A DNA stretch of 62,435 nt, the filler included, from Hausera hauseri (Eukaryota), in NCBI GenBank assembly GCA_046269625.1. It is 10 parts of 10 records of this genome, joined end to end, with 100 filler letters (N's around TTAATTAATTAA, not from the genome) between each part and the next. Parts side by side here need not be neighbours in the genome. Positions count along the whole stretch, not along the records: positions 39,363 to 48,191 come from JBJURY010526567.1; positions 48,292 to 53,126 come from JBJURY010419587.1; positions 53,227 to 57,940 come from JBJURY010464244.1; positions 58,041 to 62,435 come from JBJURY010603110.1; 6 more parts are not named here. One strand, 5' to 3'. A model generated the notes under the pieces. It searched no databases. It had not been told where the DNA came from and saw only the letters and a list, made by a program, of their open reading frames with translations. Shown piece after piece: positions 46,071 to 59,385 of this stretch (position 1 is its first letter; each line of letters starts with the position of its first letter). Both the position numbers and the translations under genes were made by a program.

Positions 46071-49000
46071 GATTATTGTATAGCATTATATTATAAAACG
46101 AGTAACACTGAAAGACAAAGCAAGAAACCTTACAGAAATAACTATGATTAAATAACATTCTATTTGTGTTTGACAGGAGCGGCTGGAAACCTCGGTGGTA
46201 AGTTCGAAATAATACATCATGCCATTCTTGTATACGAAAATATTGAAATTAAATCTGAATGTGTTGAGCTTTATCTTTGTTTTAGAGAGTTGACATATTG
46301 GTGTATTTATTTTATTCTTTATTTTATAGCGATGACAAATTAGTGTATTCAAGTTTAATCTTTGTTTTCAGGTTCTGCTCTTGGGTGTGTTTTTTTTAAC
46401 CGCCAGTATCAGTTGTTGTAAACCTTCAGCGATATTTGAAAGCAGAACTGTATCATCTGCGTATTGGAGTTCCGGCACGGTGTTACCACCTATTGTGAAA
46501 GGACCATAGTTTGCTCCTTTTTATCGTCTCTGACATTTCTAATTATATTCACGGCATAGATGTTGAACAGATATAAGTAGAGTGTACATCCTTGTCGTAC
46601 TCCTTTTAGTTTCTCGAACCATTCAGATGTTTCTCCCGATATTCTTGCAAATGCTTGTCGTTCTTGATATTCCATGTCTCTCATGATATTTCATACGTTG
46701 TTTTGCTGTACACAGTCAAAAGCCTTGGTGTAATCAATGAAACAAGTATGAAGGTCTTCGTTGTACTCTCTGCACTTCTAAAAGATGTTTATCATTTTGA
46801 AGATAAGGTCTATCGTGCCGCGTCTGCCTTGTCGGAAACCAGCTTGCACTTGTTGTATTTCTTCTGATTTCATTTTCATTATTTTCATGATGACATGTAA
46901 GAGGATTTTGCTGGTATGACTTATTAGATGTATGGTGCGGTGTTAAGATACACAGTTTTAGAATATCATTCTTTGGTTTGGGAACGTATCCTGATTTTTC
47001 CATGCCTCGGACCAGTCAGTACTGTTCCAGATATTTATACATAGTGCGTGATACATTCTGGCGCTGCCTTTTTCGCCTGCTTGAATTTATTCAGCTCATA
47101 TGTTTATCACACCTTGGTGATTTCCCTTTTTAATTCTATTTATTGCCGAGATCACTTCTAAAAACGGTTCTTGCTCTTTATCATCGTCTTTCATTACTGC
47201 TTCTTTACTGTTTTATGTCTGTATTTTTTCCTGTAGTATTCTTTTCATCTTGCTAGAATGTCCTTGATTTCTGTTAGTGTCTTCACGTCTTTATCATCTA
47301 TTACCTATAGATTTGGTTTTGGTTTAATAACTATTGCTAGTGCTTTAAATTCTCTGAACATTTTTCCATTTTTTTCCTTTTTTTTTTGAAGATCTTCTAT
47401 TTTGTTTGATGCGTTTGTTATGTATTGTTTTTTGTCTTTCCTGTTTTCTCTTCTGTTTTTTTCTGGTACACATTCTATAGTTGTCTCTGTTCCATTTCGT
47501 CCCCTCCCGCTTCAATCTTATTCTCTCTTCTATGAGATTCAGTGTTTCGTTTGTGATGTAGTTCTGTTTCTTCTGAGTTTTTTTTGGAAGCATTTGTGTG
47601 ATGTGGAAATAAAAACCAACCAAGATCAAGCTGTATAAGAGCAATGCTCTTAGCACCCTTCTCCAAGGTTCAGAATGTTGGAAAATGACAATCACCATAG
47701 AAAGAAAACTTGAGGTGTTCCGAACTAAATGCCTACGTAGGATTATGACGATATTCTGGCCAAAGGTCATTTCAACGACAGTCTCAGACAAAAAGCAGGG
47801 GTGACCACCATTTCAGAGATCACCGGAGAACGCAGATGGAGATGGCTGGGCCATGTGTTTAGAATGTCAGCCGGTTCACTGCCTAGAAACGCTATCCAAT
47901 GGACACCCCAAGGAAAGATAATCCCTGGAAGACCCAAGGAGAAATGGCGAAGGACAGTGGAAAATGATTTGGAAAACACAGGTCTAACTTTTCAGACGGC
48001 TGCAAAAACAGAGAAAAACAGACAGAAGTGGAAAGCCCTCAACATTGCCTCAAGTATCAGGCGGTACACGAGAATTGAGTCAGTGAGTGAGTGAGATGAA
48101 GAGCTCTCTTGCTTGTGGCTAAGTAATCAGGTGTCATGACTTCTTGTATTGCCATTAGAATTTCGAATTTGTTTTGGACTTCGATGTTGTTNNNNNNNNN
48201 NNNNNNNNNNNNNNNNNNNNNNNNNNNNNNNNNNNTTAATTAATTAANNNNNNNNNNNNNNNNNNNNNNNNNNNNNNNNNNNNNNNNNNNNGATCGCACA
48301 CAGGACCTTCTTGCTCTGATGTGACGTTGTCCAAAAGGGGTGTGAAATAATCCCGAAAACACAGCACAAGGTCCACAAGTTTATAGAGTACCGCATACAA
48401 TGTAAAACCTGTAAAAAAATAATATTTAAATTGGTGTAATGCTTGACTGTGGAGAATGGCCATATTTCATTCAGAACCATATTCCTCATACATGAACTAC
48501 AGAAACACTTCTTTCACTTTCTTAATAAATTAGAACTGTTCAGCAACACCTAGATGCACTTCTTTTTCTCACCATGGACATTGGTTGTGTTTAAAAACCT
48601 ACTGCACGTTCTACATAGACAGAGTTTGATGTCATCCAATGAGCGCTCCTAAGAAAAAGGATGTTTGAAATCCTAGATGCCTTAAAATGCTGCCTAGTAA
48701 GGTACCTTAACTTTGACTGTATAGACGGATCTGATGGCAGCCACAGTATTCAATTCTATTTCTTTTCTCCAAGAAAAAAACACAAACATGTCAAATATAA
48801 CGAATGTCGAGCAACCAACATATTTATTAGACCAGCAATAGAGCGCAGTGTTTGGATTCTTCACTCAGTGTCTTTGAGCTATACGTTTGGGAGGAAGAGC
48901 CCTTCAGAACTCAAGTGCACATGGTAAAAAACTCATAGATGTGTTTGAACACATTATGAGCTGCCCTTGGTGTCTTACTAGTAAGGGTTTTATTACTAAG

Positions 49001-49200
49001 CGAACACAATCAGCACCGTGCCATTCAAACCTTTACGAGTCTCCCTGCATGTACTGAAAACGTTTACAATTGTAAATAAATTTCAAGACTAGTGTATGTC
49101 ACCAAGTAACAAAATGTTACTAAATAAAAAACGGCCAAAATATATTACAATAAGATAAACTCTTAGACTGGCATAAAATGTTTACAACCATTCATCAAAA

Positions 49201-49749
49201 TTAACGAGTTTTTTGGAACGATGCTTTTCTCATTTCATGTAATTTCTTTTCACTGCTATCAACTGCTTTAATATTGGGAGGTTGCACTGAAAGCCGTCGT
49301 TGAATTCTGAGTTCTAGTTTCGATTTACAACGTTCATTAAGACTGGGTTTTATTGGCATAGGAATTCGTGATGCAAGAGCAGAACTAGATCTGTGTGATA
49401 TATTATTTTTATCGTAGTCACGAGAAATTTCAGCATAACTCAACTCACAAACTTCCTTATCACTAGAATTTAGAAAATTATCCATATCAACATCAACATT
49501 GGAATTCTCTTTTAAATTACTGTTTCGTTGACTACTCTCGTGTTTCTTTTGTAAATTTACCAAATAATCTCTAAATTCCACCTTCGAATTTTTTGGGTAA
49601 TAGTGATTGAGTCATTATCGAATCGTTAAGCACTTGATCAATTTGAGCTAGCGTGACGTAGTCATCATCTTCAGGACCAACTTGTGGTTTTGGATTGATT
49701 TGATGTTTTCGAACAGCCGAATTGTCGCTGAGAGGAATGTTAATTTTAT
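49201..49749 (-). pseudogene. Host-like hydrophilic ORF with one frameshift (~49585)
   Basis: Open frames 49749-49585 and 49581-49201; no recognisable domain. Confidence 0.35.
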
Positions 49750-49979
49750 CTGTATTAGTCTACCACTTTCCCCCCGACACACCACATTAAATATCTCCAC
49801 ACAAAAAAATGAAATTTGTCAAGATAAAATTTGATGACCGACTTAATTAGTATTTGTGGAACGAGTTGCAGCAAATTGACGCATTACGTACTTTGCAATG
49901 GTGCGTGTCATTTTCTAACAAGGGAAATTTATTTTCAGATACAGAATTTGTCAGGAAAACTAATTAGTAAATCGAGTGG

Positions 49980-50095
49980 TGATTCTTTTGTACAATTCTC
50001 TTTACTACACAATCGACGCCACTGTTTTCCGTTGAACTTTTTACGAGCTCCAATTGGAATTTTAACGTCACCCTTTCGGCAACATTTTTGTGCAG
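49980..50095 (-). pseudogene. cic: Fragment of the Capicua (CIC long isoform) N-terminal conserved region
   Basis: [33 protein letters not shown] matches the CIC motif [27 protein letters not shown]; similarity stops abruptly. Confidence 0.8.
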
Positions 50096-50164
50096 ATATT
50101 CCACAACCGAGAGATCTGATGGAACAACTGGTACTGTGGTGGTCCCCGAGTCCGCGGCACCACA

Positions 50165-53126
50165 CAGACCACTGTCACCTCGTAGGCGAAAGGCAGTCGA
50201 ATCAGAGTTCAATGAACTTGAAAAGGCTGGCATTATTCGAAGATCAAAATCACCATGGGCTTCACCATTGCATGTAGTGACAAAGAAAGATGGCACTTAT
50301 AGACCATGTGGTGACTATCGTCAGTTAAACCATCTAACAGCCCTGGATGCTTACCCTTTACCTCTCATAAAGGACATCCTGCACAGTCTTACCAATACTA
50401 ACACGTACTCCACAATTGACTTGCATAAAGCTTATCATCAAATTCCGGTTGCACCTGATGATATTCCAAAAACTGCTGTTATTACTCCATTTGGCCTCTA
50501 TGAATATACCTTTATGCCATTTGGCTTACGTAGTGCTTACCAAACCTTTTCAACGGCACATTGATACCGTCCTCTCAGGCCTTGACTTTGCTCATCCATA
50601 CATTAATAACATATTACTTGCCTCCACATCTGTTAAACAACATCAAGAACACCTCCGTATTATTTTTCACAGACTACATCACAGCGATTTGGAAGTCAAC
50701 TTCTCCAAGTGTCATTTCTTTCAAAAACGTGTTAATTTTCTAAGCCATGTTATCACTCCTCACGGCCACTCTCTGCAACCGGATCGACTACAACAATTGA
50801 AGAACATAACGCTACCGACGAATACTACGGATATGAGGAGTTTCTTAGGCACACTCCACTTCATCCACAAATACGTACCGCATTGTTCTGAGCTTATAGC
50901 ACCTTTCGCACATCTATCATCAGGAAAAAAGAGACAGTTGATCCACTGGACTCCTAATTTGGTAACCAAATTTGATCACTTACGCGAAGGCCTAAAAACC
51001 GTCGAAATACTAGCCTATCCAAAGCCCAATGCAGATCTTATACTCACCACCGATGCCTCTACCACAACTACCGGTGCAGTACCACACCAAATTTCTAACG
51101 GCGTCGATGAGCCATTAGAATGTTACGCCCGAAAACTTACACAACCCGAAAGCCGTTACTCAACATTTGACCGTGAGTTACTCGCCATATTTCTGGCAGT
51201 AAAACATTTCAAACACCTACTTCTCTCGTCCATTCGTCATTCAAACTGATCACAAGCCTCTCCTGCATATCATGTCGTCAAAACAGCCATCACTGAGGCA
51301 AGAACGACATATATCATACCTGTCTACATTCAGTTTTGTTTTAGAATACATCTCAGGCACAGACAATTTGGTAGCAGATTTCCTATCGATTCGGTTGGCT
51401 CCATTACAGTAGAGCTGATTTTCTCGTCCGAAGTCTTAAAGGCCAATCAACCGTCTGCTGACTTCCTTAGCCTTTTCAAATCCTTTGAAATCATTGATGG
51501 CATTGCTTTTGATACATCGAATTCCGGTAATAAAAAAATCATTCTAACTCCACCTTTGCAAAAGCCAACCTTCCTTCATACACATTCACTCCATCATCCG
51601 TGTTCGAAAACAATCTTTCGCCTGCTTCAACGTAATGTAGTTTGGCCATCAATGCGCAAAAATGTACAGGATTGGGTTAAGGAATGCGTATCCTGTCAAA
51701 AATACAAAATCAACAAACACCTTAAACTGCCACTTTATCATTTACCCTGTACATCACGTTTTCATACGGTTCATCTTTATCTCGTTGGCCCTTTACCTTC
51801 TGACAACGGATATCATTATATCCTTACTATGATGGATCGTCCTTCTCGCTGACCTAAAGCCGTTCCTCTTCGTTCAACGAACATTGATTCAGTAGCCGAC
51901 ACCTTTATAAAAATCTAAATCAGTCGTTTTGGCTCCTCACGTTATATAATAACGGATCAAGGTCCACAATTTGAATCGGAACTCTTTAGATCACTTGTTA
52001 AACGCTTGGGAATATCCCATTTCAATACCACACCATATCATCCTCAAGCTAATGGCCTCCTTGAAAGATTCTATCGAACAATGAAAATATCTTTAAAAAT
52101 CTTGGCTGACAATCATAGTAATTGGACGTCCATTCTACAATTTGTTCTACTAGGGTGGCGCACCACACCCTCCACCACCACGGGTCGTCCTTCAGCCGAG
52201 GCACTTTTTGGGACTCCAATACGGGCTCTATTTGAACTTTCCGACTACGACGACAATACCACAGACGGAAACATTCGTGCAGAACAATCTCACTTCGTCG
52301 AGGTCAGTTCAGACTCATTCTGCCATCTCTTTAACAACAACAAATCGTACATTCCGAAGGATTTGTACACCGCCAAGTTTGTGTGGCTGAAGAATCAATC
52401 GCCTTCAGGCTTTAGACCTCAATATGTTGGCCCATTCAAATTGCTAAATCTCTCACCTCATACAGCTACCATCTTACGCCAAGACAAACCTTACAACGTT
52501 CACATTTCGAATCTGAAGCCCGCTTTCTTCATTAATGACAATTCGCATGCCAATTCTATCTCCTATTCAGGCTCATCCCCTAGTCCCTCAAGTCTATCCT
52601 CAAACTTTCTCCATGACATTGCGCCGTTGCAGCAATCCTTTTTCTGTCACACTCAATCGCCACCGTCCATCTCGCTTCCCTCTCTGTCATCATTCCCACC
52701 ACTTTCTTCACCTCCATTGTCTACATCTAATAAACCAGATAATCTCACAAAACTTTTATCACAAAATGTCGCCCAACAGCCAAGCACAAATCAATCAAGT
52801 AAGGCACGCAGAGTGACATTTAGCACCTACAGCAAGGAAAAGTTCTTTGATGGTACACAACGCCTGTCACATACGAAAACCAAATCGGCATTAAACACTA
52901 TTCCTTTGTCGCGATTTATTGCTTTTATCTTTCTTGTTTTAATCTTTCCGTTTTAACTTTACACAGTTTCTCTTTTGGCCATGGGGGTGATGTGGTGCCG
53001 CGGTCGCGGACGTAATTCTGTATCATCATTTGAATCAGACTCATATCCTAATATCAACATACCGATGGTTGTATCAGGAATTAATAATTTCCCAGATTTA
53101 ATACGAATGATCTCTCCAACAAATGG
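50165..53126 (+). mobile_element. Ty3/Gypsy relic (RT-RH-IN, PPT 52983-52990, 3' LTR start 52991), related to 9794-14531; gag/PR missing
   Basis: SPWASPLHVV.KKDG..RPCGDYR, MPFGLR, LTTDAS, YSTFDRELLAI, YHPQANG..ER, GPF; GGGGGTGA|TGTGG. Confidence 0.92.
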
Positions 53127-53226
53127 NNNNNNNNNNNNNNNNNNNNNNNNNNNNNNNNNNNNNNNNNNNNTTAATTAATTAANNNNNNNNNNNNNNNNNN
53201 NNNNNNNNNNNNNNNNNNNNNNNNNN

Positions 53227-53738
53227 CACCAATGGAAAAGAGAATTCGACATCTAACGTATTTGTCATATGAATTGTCTTCCATTGTGACAAAACTGAAT
53301 CAGCTTATTTCATCAATCACTATTTGGATAAATAAAGATTTGTAAATGTTATGTAAATAAATTTTTATTTCTTATGCTTTTCTCTTTAATACCGCTTTGT
53401 TCTGGGGTGGTAAAACACAATCGGCGCCAGAATGCTTTGTTCCGGGGTGGGAAAACCCATTCGGCGCCACAATGCTTTGTTCCGGAGTGGGAAAACCCAT
53501 TCGGCGCCACAATGCTTTGTTCTGGGGTGGGAAAACCTACTTGGCGCCACCTTCTTCCCTGATTAATCAGTTTTCATCACCCCGCCATTATCTGCTCTAC
53601 TCCCATTGGCCAGTTTCCCTTCCCACGATGACGTGTCCTCTTCTCATTCGCCAGTTTCACTTCCCTGCGATGACGTGTTCTCCTCCTATTGGCTTCCTTC
53701 CTTCCCCCAGGGGGGGTTGGCGCGAAGTCCTCACTACT
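53227..53738 (+). mobile_element. Maverick right end (gene 3' end + AATAAA, repeats, TIR ending ACTACT)
   Basis: CCCCCAGGGGGGGTTGGCGCGAAGTCCTCACTACT; compare CCCTTAGGGGGGTTGGC...CTACTAC at 61251-61293. Confidence 0.65.
53391..53550 (+). repeat. 4 x 40-bp tandem repeat inside a Maverick terminal region
   Basis: AATGCTTTGTTCCGGGGTGGGAAAACCCATTCGGCGCCAC head to tail, no spacers. Confidence 0.95.
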
Positions 53739-54955
53739 TGTGATCAAAAAAGTACGGTGAATAATGACAAATTTAAATTAATCCCCTTCAAAGTACTCTG
53801 CTTGTCTAGCGATGCACTTATCCCGGCGTTGATTCCATGATTGGAAGCACTTCTGGAAGGCGTCTTTCGGAAGAGCCTTCAGCTGCTCTGTCGTGGCTAC
53901 TTCAATCTCGGGAATAGTGTCAAAACGCTTTCCTTTCAGTACGATTTTTACTTTTGGGAAGAATCAGAAATTGCACGGTGCTAAGTCCGGAGAGTACGGC
54001 GGGTGTGGACAGATAGTAATATTTTTTTGCCCAAAACTCGCGAATCAGAAGCGATGTGTGGCACGGTGTATTGTCGTGATGAAGGAGGAAGCCGTTGGCC
54101 CATTTTTTGGTCTCGTTCAAAAATGTTGTAGTAAGCCCTTGTAATATTCGAAGTTCACAGTCGTTCCCCTTGAAACGAACACTGATCGCACTATGCCCCC
54201 ACTATAAAAAACAATGAGCATGATCTTAATGTTCGACTTTGACTGACATGCCTTCTTAGGGCAAGCAGAACCACTCTTTTTCCATTGGAAACTCCGCATT
54301 TTCGTTTCAGGGTCATAGGCGTACACCCAGCTTTCATCTCTAATTATAATTTGGGCCATAAAGTTCGGATTTGCATCAAGACGACCTTTCAATTCCATGC
54401 AAACTGACATATGAATTTTCTTCTGCTGGATACAAATTTCTCAGTGACTCGTCTCATTTGCAAATCATCGGTTAAAATGTTTTCATGGACACTCACGTGA
54501 TATTTAGTTCCTCAGCAAGCTCTCGAGTTGTTCAATCGCCTGTTTCATCGAACCATTTTGCCACTTTTTGCACGTTTTCATGTGTTTTTGAGGTCGAAGG
54601 ACGTCCCGACCGTTGCTGGTCTTCAACGTTTACTCATTCCCGCTATTAATTCACTCATACCACTTGTAAACAATCTTCAAAGTCACCACATTATCACCAC
54701 ACACTGATTTTAACATTTCATTAACTTCTTTGGCACTTTTTTGCAACTTAAAAGAAATCCATGACGCGCGACAAATACAGAAAATATGACCTCACTATTC
54801 TAGCTCTAGAAGCTGACAAACAAGTCTCAAATTGTTCAAATTTGGTACAGAATATGTCAATGAATCGGCCTATTGAACGTATTACTTCAAACGGATGTAG
54901 CGCCAGCGGTTCCTGGTTAAAACATTCATTCACCGTATTCGTCATTGGACATATG
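53739..54955 (-). mobile_element. Mariner (DD34D) transposon relic
   Basis: RDESWVYAYDPETK, LHHDN, YSPDLAPC; residual TIR core TACGGTGAAT (53753) / ATTCACCGTA (54928). Confidence 0.88.
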
Positions 54956-57900
54956 CAACAGTTATATGTAACTAGGTGTCGTAATTACTCAATACAAGTA
55001 ATCATTCAAGTCATGTGCCATATTTACCATACAGAGCGTGGTGTACGTGGTGTTCATAAATACGTGGTTTTTTCATTCCAATATGTCACAAATAAGTGTT
55101 GTAGTCATACATATTGAAATTTTTGCGATATAAAAAGTCACAATTCATCATACAAACCATTAGTCAATTTCTGAACCATCTAAACAGAATTATGCGTAGG
55201 ATATGCATTCAAAACAACTGCCATATAGTTCATCATTCGTAAAGGCTGGACTACCCCCGAATGACATCCTCATGGTGTTAACAAACTTTTAAAACGGTTT
55301 TTTTCGATTAGGAGAGTCATCAAAAATGGTAGTCATCACTTTTACTTGATTTCCAATGTCGACAAGATACAATTTTTGTCGACATCACCATATTTTCCAC
55401 TGTCTTTTTCGAACATAGTGGCTTCAGCATCATTTCTTATTGACATTTGGTTTCTCCCATTCCAGCTAATCTTTCTTTATTATATTCGCTCAATGATGAC
55501 ATTCAATTGGACATTTCTTTACGTTCCCCAAATATAATTGTCTAAAAATGTCAAAAATAAAAATAATTAAAAAAAGAAAAAATAATCATAATTATAAATA
55601 ATTAATAATAATTATTAAAATTATAAAAGAATTATTAAACAAATAAAAATAATTAAAAAAAAAGATAAAAGTGAAGAAGAAAATTAAAATATAATAATTA
55701 ACCAAACAATAAAACAATTAACCACTTTATTCCACATAATTGCGCGCTTTAGTAAAACAATAATAAATAATGGGTATAGATTGTTACGTAAGATAAATAA
55801 CAATAACAAATAACGATAATAAATATGAATATGAATAAACATTAATTAAAAGTTATCATTATATTATTAAAATTGGAATTTTAAGTAAAAATTTGAAATA
55901 AAAAACAAATTTAATCATAATTCTAATTAATAAGAAGTTCGTAAATGCCATCTTATTATTCAATAAATAAAATCAGTGTTTCTTTATTGAATGTTGATTT
56001 ATCTAAGCAAAAACATTCTGCTGTTTCCCTTTTATTATTGTTCAGAGGAAAACAACAAGAAGAATGGTTCGACTAGCCTTTCAACATTTTTTGAATTTTT
56101 AGAACGGCTGTTCTACGTCATCTAACTCTAACAAGATGAGGTTAAAGTTGGTTGGACGCCATGATGTTTTACGTTTTGGGGAATTACGTAAAAAAGCCGT
56201 AAGAACAAAATGTAAACGGTATCATTTGAGTTTTGTATAGCAAAAGAAATGTTGAAAAGGAAGTAGAATGACTATATAAAAATGCTAGTCGTAGATTGAG
56301 GAACTATTCGAAACTTGGTTCGAAAAGTTTTTCTATTATTGTTGAACTGACTATTAACTGACTATTGAGATAATGAAATATCAACAGATGTTTTATTAAT
56401 TCCCTATGACTATTGATTACCTATTGGCGTAACAAACATGTTTTATTCTGATACGAATTGCGGATTTATGATTTAATTACATGTATCTCTGTATTCTTGG
56501 TAATTGCATGGAATTTAATTTGTGAACCAACTATTTTTTAATTGTTTTCCACATGTGACAGTACCCAGCAAAGTACTATATATACTTAAACAGAACTGTA
56601 TAATCAGAACCACAAAAGATAACTTTGATTCACAACCAAGTGCATCATGTCTAGCTGTAAGTTTGAATTGGCATTTTATAACTATGATTGTTAAAATTTG
56701 TATAAACTTTGTAACGTACCTTTGGTTTCATATTACAGAATATTTATCATTTTTGTTTCATCCTTAAAGGAAATAAGTAAATAAGTAATCGCTCTTAATA
56801 ATTTTGCGCAGGTACCGACGCACGATCGGTCCGACACCCCAGTAATTGACCATTAAGTAAAACCTTAGTAAGTAAATTAATTCCTTTACGGGGCCCTTAT
56901 ACACTACTTATAGGATAGTTAAGTAAGATCCCTGTTCTTTCTCTGTCTCTACTCGTTAATCTCCATAGACGCGTATAATTGACGGAGAAAACTGTCCCCA
57001 ATAACGTTATTGTTCTCTTCAATAATTGATTTAACAACATAAAATATCGTTGCTCTCCCATCTCAGTTATTGGACATTTGAACATTATTGATAACGGCAA
57101 ATTACTAAAATAACGAATAGATGTTTATTGAACCTTGATTCGAATACAATATTGTATTTGAATAATTTATTGTTAATTATAATAACTTAGAATAGTAGAA
57201 AGAAGTAATGATTATTGATTAATGATTGAAAAATAATTGCGTTTTTGATATAAAAACATGAGCGTAATATTTCAATAATATAATAACCATCTTCAGTTTT
57301 GACAATTAAAATAATTTAAATAAATTTCCACTGCATGTTTTTATTGCCTAATGACTTATTGCCATTGCATGAAATTATGTGAACGTGAATTGATTTCGTA
57401 CCTTGACCATTAAAATGATGTGAAGTCTCCCCGATGTAAGAAGACTTATCTCCATGACATGCGAAATGATAAGCTAAATTAGAGAGCAGTACTTTAGGAG
57501 TACGGGATTTATTACTGGCAAAATGGGAAATTTTTGTTGACTTGAATATGCATTTTAAATTTAAAAAGTCAGTTCATATTGATTTTTTTCAAATTCCTTT
57601 TAAATACAAATGTTCCATCAGAATATCATTTGTCTGATATTCTGGATTGTTGTTCTCATTGGAATGTTTGTCAATTTGGTTCTATCTATCTGTGCTTAAA
57701 GATTTATTGATTTTAGTGTGTTTCACCTTCAAAATCACCTCAATTGGTTAATCAATATAAGAGTTACTTAGCATTTATTAAGTACTTTTACCATATTGGA
57801 AAACCTTGTTTTTTATTCACTGCACAGCACTGCACCGCACTTCTATTAATTGCCATATAGGTTTTCATATATGAGGAATCGATTGACGTCATTAGATTGA

Positions 57901-58129
57901 TCGAATAATGTATGCTTGACCGAATAGTATCGAATATTTTNNNNNNNNNNNNNNNNNNNNNNNNNNNNNNNNNNNNNNNNNNNNTTAATTAATTAANNNN
58001 NNNNNNNNNNNNNNNNNNNNNNNNNNNNNNNNNNNNNNNNTTGGTATAGGAAAGCGTGTCATACGCAGATAAATCACAAAGAACAGATTACTGATGAAAT
58101 CTAAACAAGAAGACACATGTACACTGCTT

Positions 58130-58857
58130 AAGGTGGATTCCAGCAGAGGAAAGAGGAAGGGCGCGAACTAGATAGAGAACAGATACAGTTAGGAAAGTCC
58201 TGGAGTGACCTTGGCTGCACTGGACAGATCTGGCTGGTCCATGATGCTTTATACTTCAAGATGAACTAGGAGGTGAAGAAGAACTTTTCCTGTACGCCTC
58301 GATGAATGAAGAATAACTGTACATTATATGAACTGTATACAAAACAGGAAAAAACACCATTCCAAAGAAAAAATATGAAAAAAAAACATATTGTGCAAGT
58401 CAGATCTCTCACTGCAGTGAACAAGAGAGCCGTGCAGTATCATATAAAACCCATACTCCTATGTGATTGCAAATCTTGGACATTGAGTAAACAATTGGAA
58501 AATTCTTTGAAAGGAACAGAGATGTAGTTTCTCAGAAGAATGCCGAAAATCCCATATACGGTAGTTTGAACAAATAAAGATATTGTCCACGAAGCAGATG
58601 CAGAAAGAAGGCTTATCGCTAAGTTAAAATATAGACAAGAATGTTTTGGAAAGAGACGTTCCGGAGAACTTAGCCACCACAGGCAAAATACCAAGAGATA
58701 GAAGTAGTGCATACAGAAAAAGAAGCGTCTAGATGATCTGCATGAATGGCTCGGAGGACATTTACCATTAGATGTGACTGGGGGCATCAGAAATCGCAAA
58801 ACACGGAGATCCGTCCCTACGGCTTACGCTGCACAGCTAGGCACCTGATGATGATGA
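58130..58857 (+). mobile_element. Two degenerate LINE 3' fragments; the second ends in a (TGA)n tail
   Basis: PILL..CKSWTL...L...EM*FLRRM.KI.Y...TN; TGATGATGATGA at 58846-58857. Confidence 0.7.
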
Positions 58858-59199
58858 ATTTAGTTATGAGAACATGCAGTTAAAATAAATAGCAAGAGGC
58901 CTCGCCTCACTAAGGTTAAATGAAATTAGCTTAATTCGATTCAAATTAGTCACTTGGTAAATTATTCAAAATAGATCAACAAGCTTGGAAAAGAAAAGAA
59001 TCGGGTACATTGCATAAAATATAGCATAATTAATGAGATATATTGTAGAACATTGTACTAACCGAGTAGTGGTGTTTAATGAATTCAGAATGATTAAATC
59101 GGATTTTCGATATGATCATCATGATGCCATATGAAAATGTTATTCAAAAACAAAGTAGCATCATAGTTACATCTCTATTACTTCCACTGTACGACAATA

Positions 59200-59385
59200 T
59201 TAACAATGATCAAAAATCGTTTCATTTATAAAGAAATCTCTTTCTGCTAAAAGTCCAGGTTGGTAAACAGTGATACTTCGTACACTTTTGCATGAAATAA
59301 TTTCCGACAGCGTATCGGTGCTAAACTTACATTCGTATTTACCCGTGTTGTTTAAATTAACTTTTTGCAGAAAGAGTTGCAACTT
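59200..59385 (-). pseudogene. Immunoglobulin-domain fragment
   Basis: LQLFLQKVNLNNTGKYECKF matches the Ig E/F-strand L.I..V...D.G.Y.C pattern. Confidence 0.5.

Larger units (their letters stand above)
42255..48191. repeat. ~2540-bp tandem repeat (~2.3 units) built from nested LINE fragments
   Basis: ORFs recur at +2540/+2542 (43546/46086, 43950/46490, 42771/45313); third unit from ~47335. Confidence 0.95.

Noticed and set aside
48292-48930. Exon-like segments on the minus strand
   Set aside because: Could not build a consistent frame or recognise a domain.
53391-53550. CRISPR-like 40-bp repeats
   Set aside because: Contiguous tandem units with no unique spacers, no cas genes, eukaryotic context.
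55100-57940. Short ORFs in the AT-rich region
   Set aside because: No recognisable motifs or consistent splicing; left unannotated.
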